From: a virus
Direction: 5' to 3' (one strand)
DNA length: 35,477 bases
Virus record (IMG/VR): IMGVR_UViG_3300030399_000053
Of the stretch, positions 31,502 through 35,477 are shown piece after piece. Both the position numbers and the translations under genes were made by a program. The stretch's first letter is position 1, and each line of letters starts with the position of its first letter. The notes under the pieces were generated by a model, which did not search any database, was not told the origin of the DNA, and worked only from the letters and a program-made list of their open reading frames with translations.

Positions 31502-32011
31502 ATGAGCCAGGATGCTGAGTTAGATCGGTGGGGCAGTAAATACAAAGATGGGATGTGTGATGAACTCATTGAGATGTTTTCTAAAGGCAAAACACAAGCT
31601 CAGTTTTGTGCCAAACATTCAATAGCCACTGATACTTTCCAAAAATGGCGTAAGAGCCACAAAGCATTCGATAAAGCATGTGAGTTAGCTCATAATAAAG
31701 CACGTGATTATTATGATGAGATGCGTCATGAAAACATGTTAGATCCGACTGTAAACTGGGGTACATTTAATAAAATGTATAGTGCTCGCTTTAATGTAGC
31801 TGACAAACGCACAGTGCGCGTGAAGGGCCTCGGCAAAGCAAAAGATGAGCGTGAAATGCTCAAATGCTTAAACAAAGCAGTCGATGAAGAAGAATTAACG
31901 CCCGATGAAGCACAAAAACTATCATCCCTGATAGATATTAGTTTGAAGGTTAAGCAGACTTGTGAATTAGAAGATAGAATTGTTACTCTTGAGAACGGTC
32001 AGAAAACTTAA
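31502..32011 (+). CDS. Terminase small subunit candidate (Sf6 gp1-like HTH)
   Basis: AAGGGG RBS. YKDGMCDELIEMFSKGKTQAQFCAKHSIATDTFQKWRKSHKAFDKACELA parallels the Sf6 gp1 N-terminal HTH pattern. The C-terminal helix ends in ELEDRIVTLE. Confidence 0.55.
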   Translation: MSQDAELDRWGSKYKDGMCDELIEMFSKGKTQAQFCAKHSIATDTFQKWRKSHKAFDKACELAHNKARDYYDEMRHENMLDPTVNWGTFNKMYSARFNVADKRTVRVKGLGKAKDEREMLKCLNKAVDEEELTPDEAQKLSSLIDISLKVKQTCELEDRIVTLENGQKT

Positions 32012-32307
32012 ACATGCTTCCAGCTTGCAATCAACATACCTAATGCAAACAAAACCAACGGCATACATATAGCACCGATTGCTAAGTTATATAAATTATG
32101 TATTTTAGTATCTATTTTCATATCTAGATTTTGTATTTTAGTATCAATTTTTGTATCTAGATTCTGTATTCTTACATCTAATCTTTCGATAGCTGCTTCA
32201 ATACTAGAAAATTTACTATTTTGCTCTGATAAACGTAGCTCGTGATGTCTAAGTTTTACTTCATGTTGTATCCATGCCTCATCGTGGATCGGTTCTATTG
32301 TGCTCAT
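32008..32307 (-). CDS. Tail-anchored coiled-coil membrane protein with 11-residue tandem repeats
   Basis: GAGGT RBS. RIQNLDTKIDT / KIQNLDMKIDT / KIHNL repeats are followed by the C-terminal TM segment LAIGAICMPLVLFALGMLIASW. Confidence 0.6.
   Translation of the reverse strand: MSTIEPIHDEAWIQHEVKLRHHELRLSEQNSKFSSIEAAIERLDVRIQNLDTKIDTKIQNLDMKIDTKIHNLYNLAIGAICMPLVLFALGMLIASWKHV
32101..32166. repeat. 33-bp tandem repeat (2 copies, 29/33 identical, plus a partial third) inside ORF 32008..32307
   Basis: TATTTTAGTATCTATTTTCATATCTAGATTTTG / TATTTTAGTATCAATTTTTGTATCTAGATTCTG. Confidence 0.85.
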
Positions 32308-32526
32308 ATTATTTACCTCTTTTTTTGTTTGAATTAAGACTATAATATCATAGCAAACTACTTACATGAAGCGATTGCTACAATTTAATTTATCCCCGTT
32401 TTTTGTGCATAACTACATTAAGAATAGCGAAAACCCTTTATATTATACTGACTTAAGAGTTTGTAAAGTTATTGATCAAAACTACTAAGCATGTTAATCT
32501 ATATATCTTTTTATATTGGATAATAT

Positions 32527-32733
32527 ATGTCATATGAATTTAAGTATATAACCACAGACCTTAATGAAGAAATCACTTATAAAATAAATAAAACTGATGG
32601 GATACTTAATTTATTATATTTTTTTGAGGAATTCTTAATAGCTTCAGGTTATAGTGAAAGTACGGTTGAAGAAGTTATAAAAGAATATTTGGATGATACC
32701 CTTAAATATAATATCACTCCCAATTCGGAATAA
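32527..32733 (+). CDS. Small acidic protein
   Basis: 68 aa, rich in E/D/Y, with a weak RBS. Confidence 0.4.
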   Translation: MSYEFKYITTDLNEEITYKINKTDGILNLLYFFEEFLIASGYSESTVEEVIKEYLDDTLKYNITPNSE

Positions 32734-33145
32734 CTGCTCCTAGTTTATTTTTTAACTCTGTATATTCTTTCTTACCGACTACATCTAGCCTAATCTTTGG
32801 ATAATACTTAGCCATTCGCCTAATCTTTGTGCGGCTTTTGCTATCCATGAATCCTTTTACTTCTATATAGCGTGGCTCACTATCTTGCTTATCCCAAATC
32901 TTAAAATCAGGTAAATAGCTTCTAACCCCACGCTTAATTGCATTAAACCAGAAAACATCAGGCTCAAACTCCCATTTGTAGATAATCTTTTGTTTGATTA
33001 AGAAATTTAAATAGCGGGCAAAATTCGCCTCCCAGCCGCTGCGGAAATGTATATCTCCCAAATCGGAACGTTTACCTTGGTGCGCTGTAAATGTTTTAGG
33101 AATTCTTCTTGTCCTAAAAGGTTTTTTGAATTTGATACATGCCAT
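32714..33145 (-). CDS. T7 endonuclease I-like PD-(D/E)XK Holliday junction resolvase
   Basis: AAGGAC RBS. FRSGWEANFARYL...YKWEFEP...SYLPDFKI...YIEVKGFMDSKSRTKIRRMAKYYPKIRLDVV parallels T7 gp3 (RSGLE...FEYE...YTPDF...VETKG...DRKK...HPELDIRIV). Confidence 0.7.
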   Translation of the reverse strand: MACIKFKKPFRTRRIPKTFTAHQGKRSDLGDIHFRSGWEANFARYLNFLIKQKIIYKWEFEPDVFWFNAIKRGVRSYLPDFKIWDKQDSEPRYIEVKGFMDSKSRTKIRRMAKYYPKIRLDVVGKKEYTELKNKLGAVIPNWE

Positions 33146-33213
33146 AATAGTCCTTTATTGGATGTGGTGTATTATTATATAATACAACTGAATATAATAA
33201 TTGAGGTAGTGTT

Positions 33214-33537
33214 GTGACAGATAAAAGATTTACAAATGAGAGATGCTCTGCAATCATTGATGCGATTGCGCATCATATACCGCACGATTTGGCTGCTGAG
33301 GCCAACGGCATATGCTATACAGAGTATTATGACTGGCTTGAAACGGGTAGGGCGCATATGTTAGATGGCGTGGAAACTAAATATGCAAAATTTTATCAAG
33401 ACATTAAGCGAGCTGAGATGCAAGCTATTCGTTCACATTTAGATATAATGAATGCTAGACCGGAACATTGGGAAGCACACGCTTGGATACTTCATCACAG
33501 ATGGCCGCAATATTTTAATCAAAAGGAAACAGAATAA
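33214..33537 (+). CDS. HTH protein, small-terminase-like or regulator
   Basis: GTG start with GAGGT 6 nt upstream. The C-terminal HWEAHAWILHHRWPQYF resembles the W-x-A-x-x-W-x-L-E-R-R-x-P motif of many small terminase / HTH phage proteins. Confidence 0.4.
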   Translation: MTDKRFTNERCSAIIDAIAHHIPHDLAAEANGICYTEYYDWLETGRAHMLDGVETKYAKFYQDIKRAEMQAIRSHLDIMNARPEHWEAHAWILHHRWPQYFNQKETE

Positions 33538-33540
33538 ATC

Positions 33541-33660
33541 ATGAAAGATAAGAAGAAAGAAAGTAAGAAAGAAGACGCACATAAGAAACATGAAAAGCAT
33601 TTGATGGAAAAGCCAAAAGCTATGAAAGCAAAGATAAAGAAAAAGAAAGATTGCCCATAA
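33541..33660 (+). CDS. Lys-rich micro-protein (39 aa)
   Basis: AAGGAA lies upstream. MKDKKKESKKEDAHKKHEKH... Confidence 0.3.
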   Translation: MKDKKKESKKEDAHKKHEKHLMEKPKAMKAKIKKKKDCP

Positions 33661-33670
33661 GGAGATTATC

Positions 33671-33856
33671 ATGAGTGGAAAATATGTTTCGGACAAGCCT
33701 GATGGCTATATGAGAACACGTAACAATGTTTATCTTGAGCGTGAAACAAAGCTTCAAGACAGAACATTCAGAGAACAAGGGGCATTGCGTAATTTGCCGC
33801 CACAAAGCAAGAAAAATTACGGTAAGAACGATCTGCGAATAGACAAAGACAGATAA
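33671..33856 (+). CDS. Hypothetical basic protein
   Basis: AAGGAG RBS. Confidence 0.5.
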   Translation: MSGKYVSDKPDGYMRTRNNVYLERETKLQDRTFREQGALRNLPPQSKKNYGKNDLRIDKDR

Positions 33857-33929
33857 TTAGCTCTAGACAAACATAGGTCTCTCTCTTATAGTTATGGTGA
33901 AATTAATAACTATAAAAGGGATATTTACT

Positions 33930-34817
33930 ATGTCTACTAACATGAAAGGATGTTGTACAGGACCTGCGGGCCCGGTCGGTCCGCAAGGCGTCCAAGGATT
34001 GCAAGGTCCATCTGGCGCGGATGGTGCAGCAGGTGCTCAAGGGCCGGCTGGTCTAAATGGTGCTCCGGGTGTGAACGGAGTAGCTGGACCAGTCGGCCCG
34101 ATGGGTGCTGCTGGCGTCAACGGAGCTAATGGCCTTAATGGTGCTAATGGTGCTCAAGGCCCACAAGGTGACCAGGGCGCAGCTGGCGTTAATGGCGCAG
34201 CCGGGTTAAATGGTGCTCCTGGCTTAGCTGGCTTGCCAGGTGCTCAAGGCCCGATGGGATTACAAGGCCCTCAAGGGTTACAAGGTTTACAAGGCGTTCC
34301 TGGTGACTGTGTTAACTGTCCGTGCGAGGGCGCAGGCGTTGAATATGCAGAAGTTTACTCTAATGCTATTCAAAATCTAGCGGTTTCCCCTGGACTTAAT
34401 ATGCCCGGTGGTGTTGTAATATTAGAAAAAACTGTGGTGGCTACTGCTAATATAGACGTCTCCAAGGCAGCTACAACAGGTCAAATCACGGTAAACCGAA
34501 AGGGTTGGTATGATGTTGCGACCGGTATTTGCGGCGCCTTAAATCCTGTGCCTTCTCCGTTGCCATGCTGGACATTGTCGTTGTTTAAAAATGGCGTATT
34601 AGTTCCAGGATCAACATTTGCTAATCAGACTATTAGTCCCGAACAGGCATCTAATGAGATTGTTGCAGATGTTTATTTATATTGTGCAGCTGGTGACGTC
34701 TTAGCTTTAGCAAGTACGAGTACAAATCCGGTAATCTTATCATCTCCTACGCTAGGCACTAATGCTCAGCCGTCTTGTGGTTATTTAAAAATCAGTTCCC
34801 TTCAGCTTGACGTCTAG
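33930..34817 (+). CDS. Collagen-like protein: 38 uninterrupted G-X-Y triplets plus a globular C-terminal domain (BclA / C1q-like candidate)
   Basis: The G-X-Y run spans 33960..34301, followed by a CVNCPC knot and a ~165-aa beta-rich domain. ATG 33930 is preferred over 33894. The gene is clearly more GC-rich than its flanks and a terminator hairpin lies downstream. Confidence 0.85.
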   Translation: MSTNMKGCCTGPAGPVGPQGVQGLQGPSGADGAAGAQGPAGLNGAPGVNGVAGPVGPMGAAGVNGANGLNGANGAQGPQGDQGAAGVNGAAGLNGAPGLAGLPGAQGPMGLQGPQGLQGLQGVPGDCVNCPCEGAGVEYAEVYSNAIQNLAVSPGLNMPGGVVILEKTVVATANIDVSKAATTGQITVNRKGWYDVATGICGALNPVPSPLPCWTLSLFKNGVLVPGSTFANQTISPEQASNEIVADVYLYCAAGDVLALASTSTNPVILSSPTLGTNAQPSCGYLKISSLQLDV

Positions 34818-34825
34818 TTAAATTA

Positions 34826-34859
34826 ATATCCGGCTTTATATTGTTATAAAGCCGGATAT
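34826..34859 (+). terminator. 15-bp perfect hairpin after the collagen-like gene (terminator-like, no clear U tract)
   Basis: ATATCCGGCTTTATA-TTGT-TATAAAGCCGGATAT. Confidence 0.55.
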
Positions 34860-34901
34860 ATATAATAATATCATTAGTTTATTTAAAAAAAGGTTATTAG
34901 T

Positions 34902-35093
34902 ATGGCTAAAGATAACAAATGGATTGAGAAAGCATTGCCACCATCTAGTAAGGGTAAGTTACATAAGAAACTTGGCGTAAAACAGGGCGATAAAATCCCC
35001 GAAAAGAAGCTAAAAGCAGCAGAAAAGAAAGGCGGTAAACTGGCTAAAGAGGCCAACTTAGCACAAACTTTAGGTAAAATGAAGAAAAAATGA
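34902..35093 (+). CDS. Small basic protein with a KGKLHKKLGVKQGDKIPxxKL motif
   Basis: AAGG RBS. The motif resembles a widespread small conserved family (KGxLHxxLGxxxGxKIP) whose DUF number I do not recall with certainty. Confidence 0.55.
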   Translation: MAKDNKWIEKALPPSSKGKLHKKLGVKQGDKIPEKKLKAAEKKGGKLAKEANLAQTLGKMKKK

Positions 35094-35278
35094 TGGGAAT
35101 GATTCAAAATAGATTAGACGAATTCAATATGTGTGCAGAAATGTTAGAGATTAATGCTATTGAATTGAATAAATGGATGGAATGCATAGCTACAACTTTA
35201 ACTGAGCGTGCAAAAAAGAGCATACACAAGCCAGGGGTTTATGTTTTTAATATGTCTATTGATGAAATCAAGGATTAG
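35090..35278 (+). CDS. Hypothetical protein
   Basis: ATGA overlap with the previous gene. Confidence 0.5.
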   Translation: MMGMIQNRLDEFNMCAEMLEINAIELNKWMECIATTLTERAKKSIHKPGVYVFNMSIDEIKD

Positions 35279-35283
35279 TAGAT

Positions 35284-35472
35284 ATGATAACTATCTTAAA
35301 TTCATGGGTTGAGAAAACCAAATCTAAAAAAAAAGCTGAAACTGCCCCAGCTTATGAAAAGTCGGTTTATCGCAATGACTTTGCACAGCAGACTAGAAAA
35401 CCTGATAAACGTAGCACGCCGTGTCTTAAAATGACAATGAACCGGTCAAACTCAAGTACTTTTAGGAAGTAA
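35284..35472 (+). CDS. Hypothetical basic protein spanning the circular junction
   Basis: AAGGA RBS. The 3' portion lies in the terminal repeat and recurs at 1..122. Confidence 0.5.
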   Translation: MITILNSWVEKTKSKKKAETAPAYEKSVYRNDFAQQTRKPDKRSTPCLKMTMNRSNSSTFRK

Positions 35473-35477
35473 TATGA
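35351..35477. repeat. Terminal direct repeat copy B (identical to 1..127)
   Basis: Base-for-base identity with 1..127. Confidence 0.97.

Overview
The window is one complete, circularly closing dsDNA phage genome. Bases 1..127 are identical to 35351..35477, giving a unit length of 35350 bp. It is visibly AT-rich, uses the standard genetic code and has SD-type RBSs.

Gene layout:
- DNA packaging (124..2677): DUF551-like protein, NrdR-type zinc-ribbon protein, large terminase and an HNH endonuclease.
- Podovirus-like, T7-ordered morphogenesis block (3643..15817): portal, scaffold, P22-like coat, adaptor, nozzle and internal virion proteins.
- Unusually large receptor-binding cluster (15974..23882): five fibre-like genes.
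- Leftward RecE-like exonuclease / RecT-Red-beta recombination operon (24062..26194).
- Rightward early/replication operon (26338..30457): Cro/YdaS-like HTH protein and a replisome-organiser-like protein.
- Leftward micro-protein cassette (30707..31346).
- Mixed region (31502..35472): Sf6-like small terminase, T7 endonuclease I-like resolvase and a collagen-like protein.

I could not recognise an integrase, a CI-type repressor, a polymerase, a helicase/primase, an endolysin or any tRNA.

Most unusual features:
1. A 214-nt structured, apparently non-coding element is present twice at 212/214 identity (2834..3047 and 26703..26916). Copy 1 abuts the HNH-HTH nuclease gene. The element carries twin hairpins with the same CUUUAGGUC loop, plus anti-SD-like and SD-like strands and GGAUGU motifs.
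2. The 9-mer TGCTATAAT (extended -10) recurs three times, and a 20-bp palindrome built from it sits at two divergent control regions.
3. There are two promoter-plus-terminator small-RNA candidates. One has a lambda oop-like layout next to the replication gene.
4. A stand-alone NrdR zinc ribbon is translationally coupled to terL.
5. A DUF2829 (Tad2-family) protein lies in the head module.
6. A GC-rich collagen-like moron carries its own terminator hairpin.

All family assignments are motif-level recognition by eye and need profile searches (HHpred, Pfam, Rfam) to confirm.
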